Shown: positions 13,140-26,300 of the stretch, piece after piece
Layout of the letters: each line of letters opens with the position of its first letter
How positions within the stretch are numbered: position 1 is the first letter of the stretch
Assembly: GCA_964016885.1 (NCBI GenBank)
Contig: OZ024740.1
Location: forward strand, 253,456,001-253,520,000
Direction of reading: 5' to 3'
Length of the DNA: 64,000 bases
Origin: Eledone cirrhosa
Lineage: Eukaryota
The notes under the pieces: generated by a model
Told to the model about the DNA's origin: nothing
Seen by the model: the letters and a program-made list of their open reading frames with translations, nothing else
Database searches by the model: none
Made by a program: the position numbers and the translations under genes

Positions 13140-15300
13140 TAAATACTGCCAACAGCAACACACACATTTGATGACTATCGCACTGCTCGATTCAAAAATA
13201 TATAACCTCCAACAATGCATGAAGACCATCATCAATAACCAAAGAACAGCTGAGGAGAAATGGGCTATTGAGAAACTCAAACTCAACCCTAAAGTGTTCT
13301 TTTCATTTGCGAAAAAACACAAGGTCACTGTCTCCACTGTTGGCCCTCTAGTTGATGAAAATGGCACACTCCAAGATAATGCCAAAACCATGGGTGAGAT
13401 ACTGCAGAAACAATACTGCTCTGTTTTCAGCAATCCTGATATAGCTGATCTGTGCCGTATCAGTGATGTTAATCCCCAACACACTATATCAGACATAATG
13501 TTTGGCGCCCTTGATGTCTTAGCAGCAATAAACAAAATTAAACACAATTCAGCAGTAGGCCCTGATAGGTTCCCTGCTTTTATCGACACCAACTTGAATC
13601 TCCTCTTGCTACTCTGTGGAGGAACTCACTGAATGCTGGCGATATTCTGTCCCAGTCTGTTGTCCCAGTTCTAAAAAAGAGAAACAAGTACCTTGCAGTG
13701 AACTACTGTCCAATCTCACTCACCTCTCATATCATCAAGGTATTTGAGAGGGTGGTGAGATCATGAATAACTCACATTCTTGAAAGCTACAATCTGCTGA
13801 ATTCCAACCAACATGGAAGGGACTGCCTAACTCAACTCCCACATCACTTTGATGACATTTTAAGAGCTTTGGGAGAGGGCTCCAACACTGATGTCATCTA
13901 CTTTGATTTCAGCAAGGTCTTTGACAGGGTTGATCACAACATTCAACTGAAAAAACATTGGTGTCTCTGGAAATTTATCACAGTGGATCAAGTGTTTCCT
14001 GACAGACAGAGCCCAACGTGTTGTAGTCGAAGGAGTAAAATCAAGCCCAGCCAAAGTCAGTAGTGGCATTCCACAAGACATTGTGTTGGGCCTACTTCTC
14101 TTCATTATCTATATAAATGATATTGTGGATTGGCAGTATCGGTAGAGGGTCGGACACCATGCTTTCTAGCATAGTTACGTCCCTTTACAGTCTGAGTTCA
14201 AATCCCGCCGAGATTAAACTTTGCCTTTCATCCTTACGGGGTCGATAAAATAAAGTACCAGTAATGTACTGGGTATTTGCTGGCATTGTGCCTAAAGTAG
14301 AAACAATTATCTATATAAATAATATTACTGACATCATCAAGTACAGCAGCATGAAAATCTTTGCAGATGTTTCCAAACTCCAGAAGGTCATCAATGGCGT
14401 GGGTGACCGGACATACCTTCAATCAGATCTACTGGCTGTTATCCAATGGGCAGAAAAGAACGATATGCTGCTGAACTAGGATAAATTTGGATTAATCTAC
14501 TTTAGAAAAGAGGTTGCACTGAAACTCCCATACTCCCTTCCCTCGGGGGGGGGGGGGAACTCATGTGATCCAATAACATCAGAGACTTGGGAGTAATTGT
14601 GGACAACAATATAAGCTGGGCCACTCATATAAACAGCAGTTATAAGTTGACATGGCTCGCAGAATGTGTTCCTGGATTCTCAGAACTTTCTAGTCGTGAG
14701 ATATCCACACCATTATCCTTCTCTTCTCCACTTTTGCCTGACCCCACATTGAATACTGTTGTCCACTGTGGTCTCCCCACACGAAACAAAGTATCATGAA
14801 AGTTGAAGCACCTCAAAGGTCAATCACAAAAAAGATAGATATTGGGGTCGACGAGAAAAGCTCAAACTTTATTCTCTCCAACACTGCTATGAGCACTACA
14901 TTATCTGAATGCTGTGGAAAATATTCCATCAATATTGCCCAAATGATGTTGACATCACCTCTAAAGTACACCTAAGGCTTGGGCCCCATGCTATCCGTCC
15001 ACAACAAAAATCAAACTCGTATCTCATAACAATACGCACAATTATTTCACCTCAAGTAACCCCACTCTCTTTAACACTACATCAAAACACACTAAAACAG
15101 AAACAGACCCCATAAAGTTCAAGAAGTCTTTGGGCAAATTCCTTCAAGAAATCCTGAATAAACCTCCTACACCTGGATATGTCCCTGTAAACAATAACTC
15201 TCTACTTGAGTGGCCCATGGTGTCCATATCCTTGAAAGACTTCGGCAGGTGGTCCTATTAAGTTAACATGGCCTGGACCAATACTGGCCAAAACCTATCA
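13140..15300 (+). mobile_element. Degenerate CR1-clade LINE (RT region)
   Basis: NPKVFFSFAK...VGPLVDENG...QYCSVFS, YFDFSKVFDRVDH, SGIPQ..VLG.LLF and IFAD motifs, with many stops. Confidence 0.8.
14124..14312 (+). mobile_element. tRNA-derived SINE (same family) inserted in CR1 element
   Basis: Near full-length copy with ~20-bp TSD ATTATCTATATAAAT(G/A)ATATT. Confidence 0.9.
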
Positions 15301-15337
15301 AAGTTATATATATCCTTTATTATAGTTTAGATATATA

Positions 15338-16098
15338 TCATCATCATCATCATCATTTAATGTCCACCTTCCATGCTAACATGGGTTAGACGGGTTTGTC
15401 CCACTTGAGGCAAGTTGGATCAAGTGACCATGTCTCGTTCATATAGGACTGTTTCTGGTTGGTTTTCTACGGCTGGATGCCCTTGCTAACGCCAACCATA
15501 TTTTCAGTATGGGCTGAATGCTTTTTACCATGTCTCCTACACAACCACTTTACAGTGTACTTTTTGTTGTGACACCACTTTACAGTGTGGGCTGGATGTT
15601 TTGTGGTACCAACATAACTTTACAGAGAAAGGGTGGTGTGGGCAGATGTAGGGGGTGTGGGGTGTATATTGGATTAAGAGGTGCCTAGTGAGTGTAGGTT
15701 TAAGTTTGTATGCAAGAGAAAGCGGGTCTTCTACATAGTGCCAAAGATCTCAGTCCTGTGACATTAACTTAGAGAGGTGTAAGTGTACACGGTCAGCTTT
15801 TATCACCTCGTCCCAGGTCTTCCTGGGTCTACCTACTCCATAGCTTCCATCAATTTTGATCACCCTGCACTTTTTTATACGGCTGTCATCCTTCATACAC
15901 ATTACATGAACATACCAACATAATCTCCTCTCTAGTAAACTGCATCTGATCCCTCTTATGCCTAATTTCTCACTTAGTTCGTTTAAATTTTGCCATTCGT
16001 GTCCATGCTTCATTTCTTTCCAATCTGTGCAGATCCTCTGCACACAATGCACAGGTCTCACTACCATGTAACATTTGCTGTTCGTATACAAGCATCAT
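15338..16098 (-). mobile_element. RTE LINE 3' fragment
   Basis: LGIRGIRCSLLERRLCWY...GRPRKTW, 3' UTR and (CAT)n. Confidence 0.85.
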
Positions 16099-16989
16099 TT
16101 TCACATACAATAATACATTTATTCATCTTGTTATCAAAGTGAGGTAACAAGTCAAGAGAAGACAATTAGGACTCGAATAATCCATAAATACACCCACACA
16201 TAAATATATATATATACCTAAACATATTTTTTTTATATAAGTTCAATATTAAAATACTCATCCTATCATTCATGAAATTTATTAAGGTAAATTAACAAAC
16301 ATAGTTACATCTTAATTATGTAGATCAATCTAATTTTCACGTTGAAACCATTATATATTTAACCTACATAAAATTTAGAGATAATTAAGAGAGATGATTT
16401 CAATAGTTAGGTTATATTCAAGGTTTTATTTTTTTCAATATGGCCGCTGACTATTTCGACATGCAATAGAAATGTAATATTAGTTGCTGTTTCTTTGAAT
16501 GTATTGGTTGTTCTGTTGCACGAGGTAAAATTTATCTTTATCTTTAACTTGCTCGGGTATTAAATAGCAGTTATGTATACCATTTATGTCAATACTTCAG
16601 TGCTGCTTCGAAAACTATACTTTTACAAAATCATCGGCTTTTTCCAAAAGGGGGTTCCTGCCCCCAGGGGTCCCCTACTCAATATGTGCCAATTCTGAGA
16701 GTTCACATTCATCTGTATAACAAACGTAGCCCATGTGTCAAGTTTTGTGAAAATCGGTTGCGAACTCCAGACGTTATGACGTTTTTTTGCATTGCACTGC
16801 AGTGCTTCAGTCGACTCCAAGGAAGTGGTTAAAGGGGGTTATCTGCCGGGAGGCCCTATAATCAATATCTGGAAAAATGAAAGTGCCCATGACCATCCGG
16901 AGTACATAAGTAACCTATGTCTTAAGTTTGGTGAAAATACTGCAGAAATGCATAAGGTTTACACACACACACGCGTGTGTGTGTAAACC

Positions 16990-18945
16990 TTTTGGTTGTC
17001 TGGTGGTAACATTGTGCAGGGTCGCTAGAGTAGTGGGATTTCCAGTTAAGTAAGAGGGGATAAATGTGTTGTTAGTGGCTACATTGTTTTGTAGTATTTA
17101 AATGTTTATAGGATTTTGTGGTTGCATGATGTTATAAGTTCCTGTTTTTTTGTTTAAGCATCGTTGTTTAATGATAATTATTTGCTATATTTCCTGAGAG
17201 AAGAGTGGGCACGCCCTCCTTTCTCTGTTATATGATTTCGTTTTATTCAGTATTTCCTATTCAGTATTATATTTGATAAGTTTGAGGTTGTATTTGTTAA
17301 TAGCCACTGCTAATGAGGTTGAATTGGCTAATTTTGTATGCTTGAAAGAGTTTGTATGGGAATGATATATTTTTTTGAAGGAGTTACCTGTTTCCCCTAT
17401 GAAAACTTGCGTTTTGTCTTTCTTAATTAGCCTGCATTGATATACCACACTGTTAATAAGGCAATTACCCCTGAGTAGGCAGTTTGCCTTAGTCCTGCAG
17501 TTGCAGTTTGCCTTAGTCCTGCAGTTGCAGTTTGGGGTAGTGGGGTGGTTCCAGGCAGCAGTGTTTCTGTGGTTGTGTTGGTATTGTTATCACTTGTGGT
17601 TGCTTGTCCATACCCGGTGCGTTTCCTATGGTTAGTGTTGGTTGTGCAAATGTTGTTGGTCTTAATGTCTCTATCTGGGGCACTGTGTGGCATGTTATGG
17701 GTGGGGAGTATATACTAGGTTGTGATGCCCTGTAACTACACTGTTCATGTTGGTGTCAATATTAGTGGTAGTGTAGATTATTCCTGGGATTAATGGGTTG
17801 GGTGATTAATTGAAATATCAGCGCAAGTAGTTGGTGTATGGGTCTGTTCTAGGTTGTACTGTAGTTTCGATATGTTAGACGCTTTTATTCTCATTTGTAG
17901 GTTAGGTGTGGTCGAATACAATAGTTTATACAAATTAAATATCCGGTGGAATTGAGAAGAATTTGGATGGTAAATGGTTCTTGGTTTGGGCGCAGTATGG
18001 AGGATTATACCAGGAAATTCTACGTTTGTGATTTTTTTTTTTTTCTGGAATCGTAGGGTGTGTTATGTGTTGTCATCTTCATTGTTAGTGTTAGTGTGCC
18101 TCGGCTTGTTGTTTAGCATTTGCGGGTCCGTAGTGTTATTGTTATTGTTGTACCTAGTGGTTAGATGATTGTTATTTTTAGGTGTTTTATCATTGTTCGT
18201 GGGTTTGTATGTTCTGGGGTGTGAGGAGATTTTGGTTGAATGAGTTGCAGTCCATTCTGTGTTGTTAGGTAAGGTAGAGTGGTTAGATTCCTTAATTCGT
18301 GAGTGATTTTTTTTAGGTGTGTGGTTCATGCTTTATTAGGTGCATGTGGGGTTGTATTAGAGATAGTGTAATCCGTAGGATCCGCTGTGGAGGAGTTTGG
18401 TCTGGTACTACTAGGCACGTATGTTATATTATCGGTATACCTATCCACTTCTTTTGAGTGCATCATTGTAATAATATGCGTTTTCTAAGATTTCCTCAGT
18501 TGATAATAGTTTAAAGATCCTCATGGAGATATCGTTTACCAAAACATTAATAATGAAGCTAGGGTGATTTGAGTTCCGGTGGACACAGTGGAGGTTCTCG
18601 TTTGATTTGTGGTATAGTTGGCATAGACCTGTGGATAAGTCCAATGTTATATCCAGGAAGTTTACTTTCTTTGTATTGGTTTCAAATGTGATAGTACTGT
18701 TGGAAAAATTCTCTAGTTTGCTTTCTGCATCTCTCTAAAGCTGAAAGATTAAAGTTTGTTACAGACAATCATCTCGGTATAATCCCCCTCCAGTATTGGG
18801 ATGATTTTGTTTAATTTTGGATAGGTCTCTAACTTGAGCAGAGTCCATGGTTCCATGGTAATATCAAAGAGGTTACCATAGGATTCCCGTGTCCAGTAGT
18901 TGTCCTTAAACTCTATTATTGTTTTCCTGGCATGCAAGATAATGT
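16990..18945 (-). mobile_element. Degenerate Penelope-like retroelement (RT C-terminus + GIY-YIG)
   Basis: NFLDITLDL..G...YHK.N.NL.CVHRNSNHP (18441-18665) and VYQCRL...FIGETGNSFKK..HSHTNSF (17257-17448), with Asn/Thr-rich linker. Confidence 0.8.
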
Positions 18946-18972
18946 CTACACACACACATATATATATATATA

Positions 18973-19646
18973 CACTGTAATCCCCCACTATATCACGGTT
19001 CATTTTTCGCGGTCCCGCTACATCGCGGATTTTTCTTTGGAACGTATCTAATTTCCTATCGCGATAATCCTCGCTATATCGCAGATTTTTTGTTAGAACA
19101 TATCTATTGTCTTATCACAGTACATATGTCTGAATAAATAGTATTTAAAATTTAAACTTAATAAATAAGTTTCGATGTGTATTGCGTAAGGAAGTGTATT
19201 GCGTAAGGAAGTGTATTGCGTAAGGAAGTGTATTGCGTAAGGAAGTGTATTGCGTAAGGAAGGGCATCTTAAACCTTTAACTATAAAAAAATGTTTTTAT
19301 TTTTCATTTCATTACTGTTTTACTGATTGTGTTTTTCTCTAATCTACTACAAACGCATCAAGATTTCCTGGACATCTGCAGTATATTAACAAGCGGCTAA
19401 CATGACTAATAATCGTCGCCATTGATAGCTAGTGGTAGTTTCTATACGATCGTTACAAGCTGTTTTTGCTATTTAAATATAAAAGTGTTTTAATGAGTTT
19501 ATATGTACTTAAAGCGTGTAGGAGAGATATTTTAAGGCTTAAACTATGAAAACAACAGTTGTCTTTATGCCCTTTCTATATCGCAGATTTTCATTTATCG
19601 CGGTTGGTTCTGGAACATATCCCCCATGATAAACGGGGGATTACTG
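18973..19646. mobile_element. Tigger-like MITE with internal 17-bp tandem repeat
   Basis: Termini GTAATCCCCC / GGGGGATTACTG, ATCGCGG subterminal repeats, (GTGTATTGCGTAAGGAA)x5 at ~19177-19262. Confidence 0.7.
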
Positions 19647-19892
19647 TGTCTGTATATATATATCATCATCATCATCGTCACCGCTTTATATCCATTCTTC
19701 CAGGCTAGCATGCGTTAGACAGGTTGTCCTGTTGTGGGCAGTGCCCGGTCGACTGACTATGTCTTGCTCATACAGGAACTGATTCTGGCTTGATTTCTAC
19801 AGCTGAATGCCCTTCCTAACACCAACCTCATTTAAAGTGAGTGCTATATATATTTATATATATATATATCATCATTATTAACATCATCACTA

Positions 19893-20075
19893 GATTGGTA
19901 GTATCAGTAGAGGGTCGGACGCCATGCTTTCCAGCATAGTTACGTCCCTTTATGATCTGAGTTCAAATCCCGCCGAGGTTGACTTTGCCTTTCATCCTTA
20001 CGGGGTCGATAAAATAAAGTACCAGTAATGCACTGGGTAATTTGCTGGCCTTGTGCCTAAAGTAGAAACAATTAT
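19893..20075 (+). mobile_element. tRNA-derived SINE (same family)
   Basis: Same consensus as 6363-6560; TSD ATTATTAACATCATCACTA. Confidence 0.9.
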
Positions 20076-21850
20076 TAACATCATCACTATTTAATGTCCA
20101 TTTTTCCATGCTAGCATGGGTTAGATGAGTTGCCCCATTGTGAGATAAGCCAGGTCCGATGACCATATCTTACTCATACAGAACTGGTTTTGGTTTGGTA
20201 TCTACGGTTGCATGCCCTTCCTAACACTAACCACATTTATAGTGTGGGCTGGGGATATGGGTGGGGATTGGGGAGGTAGATCTAGGGACCGAGTGTTCGG
20301 GTGTGGTGTTATGACATGGGTGGTGTGTTAGGATGTGGGAAGTACGAGAGGGGAGAACATTAGGATGTGGAGGTGTATGGAAAGGGAAGGGGGAAGGTAG
20401 TGTATACAAATGGTATGCTTCAACCCATGCACATGGAATGGTGGGTCTTCTGTATTACTGCATAATGCCAGAGATCTCGATCCTGTGTCATTGCCTTCAA
20501 GAGGTGCAATTGTTCAAGGTCAGTTTTTATCAGCTCATCCCAAGTCTTCCTACACCATACTTTCCATCAACTTTGAGCTCCCTGTACCTTTTTATACAGT
20601 TGTCATCTTTCATATGTATCACATGTCCATACCAACACATTCTCCTATCCTGCACATTACATCTGATCCCTCTTATGCCTAGTTTCTTTCAGTTCATTTA
20701 TGCTTTGCCATTCATGTATATTACTATTACACATCCATTGAAGCATGGAAGCTTCATTTCTTTCCAATCTTCATAGATCCTCTGCCCACAGCACCCAGGT
20801 CTCACTGCCATGCAACATTGCTGTTTGTATACAGTCATCATACAATCTGCCCTTCATTTTGAGGGAAAAATTTTTCTGGTTATTAGAGGTAGTAGCTCCC
20901 TGAACTTTCTCCACCCTGTTCTCACTCTAGCTACAGTATTTTCGGAACATCCACCTCCACGGCTAATTTGGTTGCCCAGGTAACAGAAACTATCAACTAC
21001 TTCTACAGAATCCTCTGGGGATTTAAAGGAATTAGTATCCTGTGGGCTGTTGCTACTTATTGCACCTGTGCAACAACCACATATAAAACCTTGCATTCCT
21101 TGCTAGCCTATCTGAAATCCCACTACATCTCTTGATTACCCATAGTTTACATTTGGGCTATACAATGAAGTTTCTACCTACTCCTTTCCTGCACACAGAG
21201 CATGACCATTTTCCTGAGAAAATCTGGGCCTTATTATCCAAGGACTTTGGTGTTTGCCAGGTTGACTTTAAGACCTATAGATTCTAATCAGCTGCGCAAT
21301 AACTCTTTCTGTGACACTCATGACCTGGTCAATCAGTTTGATGGCTCTATAGTTTGCCTGTCTTCATATCCTTGATTGCTTTACGTACTATACTACTGCC
21401 GACTTGTACTGCCGGCCCCTCAGTTGGGTTTACTTTGGGCAAACTATCTTCATCCCATGTATTCTGCTCATTCTTTTCATCGACAAGTACATCATTATCA
21501 TCTCGGACACATTTCTCTCCATCAACATCACAATTTTTCCCTGACACACTGCCTCGCAATCCTGAACACCTCGTGCCTTTGGTCATGTTGTTGAACATGT
21601 TTCAAATTCTTATTTTCTGCTTCCCTTCTTGCAAAGATACCTACTGCCTAGCTTCTCTCCTAGCATCCTCTACTCTCCCATTCTGCTATTTTTTCAATGT
21701 CTGCCTTTTGGCCTTATCTCCTCCACTTTACTGTTCCACCACCGAGTTACTCTACTTCTCCCTAGAGACATACTTCAACCACAGATTTCATTTGTCACCT
21801 TCAGGAATTCCCACTGTTCTTCTATATTGTCTGTCTCTATTTGCTCTTCC

Positions 21851-23373
21851 TTATTAACTTGGATATTTACCATGCGGTATTCTAATCCTATTGTATCTCT
21901 CTCAGTTATTTACCATGCGACCCTCAGTTCCTACCCCCCCCCCCCTCTATGCACTTCTTTAAGGCTTACTACCCTGTCTTTAACCTAATTCATTCAATCT
22001 GAAAATATTGAAGAGATAAGACACTTTGCCATTCTTCTCTGCTAAAATGTACCACTGAGCTGATTCAAATTTTCCCAGCCAGCCATCCACCTAATCTACG
22101 AAGGTATTTTAGCCTACATATTGTCGTTAATATTATGATGTTCCCTGCTGTATTAGCGTTAAATTTTCCCTGCTGTATTAGCGATAAATTTTCGAGGGTT
22201 TCTCTTAGTAGCTTTTTCATGTCGTTAATATTATGATGTTCCCTGCTGTATTAGCGTTAAATTTTCCCTGCTGTATTAGCGATAAATTTTCGAGGGTTTC
22301 TCTTAGTAGCTTTTTTCATGACGTTATTATTGTTAATTTTACTGATGTAGTATTAACTTATTAACTTGGATATTTACCATGCGGTATTCTAATCCTATTG
22401 TATCTCTCTCAGTTATTTACCATGCGACCCTCAGTTCCTACCCCCCCCCCCTCTATGCACTTCTTTAAGGCTTACTACCCTGTCTTTAACCTAATTCATT
22501 CAATCTGAAAATATTGAAGAGATAAGACACTTTGCCATTCTTCTCTGCTAAAATGTACCACTGAGCTGATTCAAATTTTCCCAGCCAGCCATCCACCTAA
22601 TCTACGAAGGTATTTTAGCCTACATATTGTCGTTAATATTATGATGTTCCCTGCTGTATTAGCGTTAAATTTTCCCTGCTGTATTAGCGATAAATTTTCG
22701 AGGGTTTCTCTTAGTAGCTTTTTCATGTCGTTAATATTATGATGTTCCCTGCTGTATTAGCGTTAAATTTTCCCTGCTGTATTAGCGATAAATTTTCGAG
22801 GGTTTCTCTTAGTAGCTTTTTTCATGACGTTATTATTGTTAATTTTACTGATGTAGTATTAACTTATTAACTTGGATATTTACCATGCGGTATTCTAATC
22901 CTATTGTATCTCTCTCAGTTATTTACCATGCGACCCTCAGTTCCTACCCCCCCCCCCCCCCTCTATGCACTTCTTTAAGGCTTACTACCCTGTCTTTAAC
23001 CTAATTCATTCAATCTGAAAATATTGAAGAGATAAGACACTTTGCCATTCTTCTCTGCTAAAATGTACCACTGAGCTGATTCAAATTTTCCCAGCCAGCC
23101 ATCCACCTAATCTACGAAGGTATTTTAGCCTACATATTGTCGTTAATATTATGATGTTCCCTGCTGTATTAGCGTTAAATTTTCCCTGCTGTATTAGCGA
23201 TAAATTTTCGAGGGTTTCTCTTAGTAGCTTTTTCATGTCGTTAATATTATGATGTTCCCTGCTGTATTAGCGTTAAATTTTCCCTGCTGTATTAGCGATA
23301 AATTTTCGAGGGTTTCTCTTAGTAGCTTTTTTCATGACGTTATTATTGTTAATTTTACTGATGTAGTATTAAC
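21851..23373 (+). repeat. Tandem array of three ~507-bp units at the 5' end of the intact RTE insertion
   Basis: Units start at 21851, 22358 and 22864 and differ visibly only in poly-C length. Each holds a ~99-bp internal duplication, which itself repeats TTCCCTGCTGTATTAGCG. Confidence 0.95.
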
Positions 23374-26300
23374 TTGGATATTTACCATGCGACCCTCAGT
23401 TCCTACCTCACAATTTCCCTCCCCCCCACCCCCACACACCACCATAGTCTATTCGACCAATCAAACCTAGCATGCCATTTCCACTGCTGCTGCTGCTACT
23501 ACCTGCCTAACTAACTCTCTCCTCCTCTGGCGCATCCCAACACACCCTGCCATTACCCCACCACCACTGTCCTTCTAGCCCTCAATTTTCCCACCGTTAG
23601 GGATGGATGAGCTGGGAATACACGAGCAACTCTGAATCAATAGATGAAATATGAATCTGCGAGCTACCAAGCACCCACGTGAAGCGCCAACCCAGAGACC
23701 CTCCCCTACGAGTGTCGACAAATGCCCAAAACTCCGAGTTGGTACCATCAATGTAGGCTCAATGAAAGGAAGAGCAGGAGAAATCGTAGAAATGCTAGAG
23801 CGAAAGGAAGTTGATGTATGCTGTGTGCAAGAGACTAGATGGAGAGGAGGGTCTGCTAGAGTCCTTGTAGGAAAAAGCCAGTGCTACAAATTTTTCTGGG
23901 TGGGAAATGATGATGGGATGGGTGGTGTAGGTATACTATTAGCTGACAAGTGGGTAGATAAAGTAATCTCAGTGTACAGGGTAAATGCAAGAATCATTAA
24001 ACTCAGACTAGTCCTGAATAAGACAATTACCACAATAATATCAGCTTACGCACCCCAATCGGGGCTGCCAGACGAACTTAAGGATAGGTTTTACGAGTCC
24101 CTAATACACACTACTGCTCTAACAGACGACAAGGACTTCCTAATCATTGCAGGAGATTTTAACGGACACGTAGGTAAACACTGCGACGGCTTCAATAGAG
24201 TACATGGAGGCCATGGAGTTGGCACAAGGAATGAGGAAGGATTCAGACTTCTAGAATTCTGCGACGCCAATGACATGTCGATATGTAACACAAACTTTAA
24301 AAAACCCGACAACCACCTGATCACCTATAGATCAGGGGAGCACTCTAGTCAGTTAGATTTTATCCTCATCAGAGGACGTGACAGATGGACGGTCGTAAAC
24401 ACAAAAGCCTTCCCTAGTGAGGAATGTACATCCCAACATAGCTTAGTTGTCAGCGACCTCACGGTCAGAACTAGACGAGCCCTGAAACAGAGGCCAACCT
24501 GGAGAAGAAAGATCTGGAAGCTGAAAGTCCCCTCAACCAGTAACAGATTTAAAGATATTTTACTCAACGCCTACGACAGTAAAGAAGAACAGATAGAGAC
24601 ATTTAACGTAGAAGAGAACTGGGAGTTCCTAAAAAATAACTTACTAGAGGCGACGGATGAGGTTTGTGGCTGGAGTAAGACCTCAAGCAGGAGGAGAGTG
24701 ACTTGGTGGTGGAACAATAAGGTAGATGAAGCAGTCAAGGCCAAGAGACAGGCATGGAAAGAATGGAAGAACGGGGGGAGCAGGGTACATTACATAGAGA
24801 CCAAGAGGGAAGCTAGGCGACAAGTATACTTAGCTAGGAGGGAAGCAGAGGATAGAAAATTCAAGCATGTTTTACAACGTGAGGACCAGAAACAGGAGGT
24901 ATTCAAGATTGCGAGGCAGTGTGTCAGAGATAGTTGTGATGTCATTGGAGAGAAGTGTATCCGGAATGATAAAGGTGAGCTTGCCCTCACAAGTGCTGAG
25001 AAGAAAGATGCATGGAAGAGTCATTATGATAGATTACTAAATGAGGAGAATGCATGGGAAGAAGAGACCCTACCCCACGTAGACCCTATAGAGGGACCAG
25101 CAGTACAAGTCAGCGGCAGCGTAGTAAGTAAGGCAATCAGAGATATGAAGATAGGGAAGGCAACCGGTCCATCGGGTATAGCTGCCGAGATGCTGAAGGC
25201 ATCTGGGTCTGTAGGTCACACTATAACCACACGTATCGTTAACCAGGTAATACTAGAGGGGGCCATACCAAAAGATTGGTGCAGTAGCATCATTGTCAAC
25301 TGCTACAAAGGTAAAGGCGATGCACTAGATAGAGGAAACTATAGAGGTATAAAGTTGATGGACCAGGTCATGAAAGTAACAGAAAGAGTTATAGCACAGC
25401 TGATTAGGGACCGGGTGAATATAGACGAGATGCAATTTGGGTTTGTTCCAGGGAAAGGCACCACTGATGCGCTCTTCCTTGTGAGGCAATTACAGGAAAA
25501 GTACCTAGCTAAAAGTAAGCCACTCTACTTGGCATTTGTCGACCTTGAGAAAGCCTTTGACAGAGTTCCACGTGCAGTAATCTGGTGGGCTCTTAGAAAA
25601 CTAGGAGTAGATGAATGGCTTGTGAAAGCGGTACAAGCCATGTATAGGGGAGCAGTCAGCAAAGTTAGGATTGGCAATGAGTATAGCGAGGAATTTAGCG
25701 TACAGGTTGGGGTCCACCAGGGCTCTGTTCTTAGCCCTCTCCTGTTCATCATAGTCCTGCAGGCAATAACGGAGGAGTTTAAGACCGGATGCCCATGGGA
25801 ACTCCTGTATGCTGATGACCTCGCACTCATAGCTGAATCTATGGTAGAACTAGAGAATAAATTCCAAACCTGGAAGCAGGGACTAGAGAGAAAGGGCCTC
25901 AAAGTCAACATGACAAAGACTAAGGTCCTTATAAGTAGACGAGAAAACAGAACCCAGATCCCCTCAGGGAAATGGCCTTGCTCAGTATGTAGGAAAGGTG
26001 TAGGTAGGAACTCCATTCTTTGCCCCAAATGCAAACAATGGGTACACAAGAGATGTAGCGGGATCTCAGGAAGCTTAATTAAGAATGTAGGATTCACATG
26101 CAGCAGCTGTGCTGAAACAGCAAGCAAACAGCCACAGGAAACAAGTACCACCAATCTCTGGGAGGGCCCTGTAGAAACAGTAGATAGCTTCTGCTACCTA
26201 GGTGACCGAATTAGCAACGGAGGTGGGTGCTCAGAAAGTACAATAACTAGGGTAAGAACGGGATGGAAGAAGTTTAGGGAACTACTACCACTGCTAGCTG

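Noticed and set aside
17427-18329. Asn/Thr-rich ORFs as mucin-like host genes
   Set aside because: They lie between the RT and GIY-YIG remnants of a Penelope-like element and are best explained as its low-complexity linker.
21851-23373. Hammerhead/retrozyme in the 507-bp units
   Set aside because: I found no CUGANGA...GAAA core with flanking stems on either strand.
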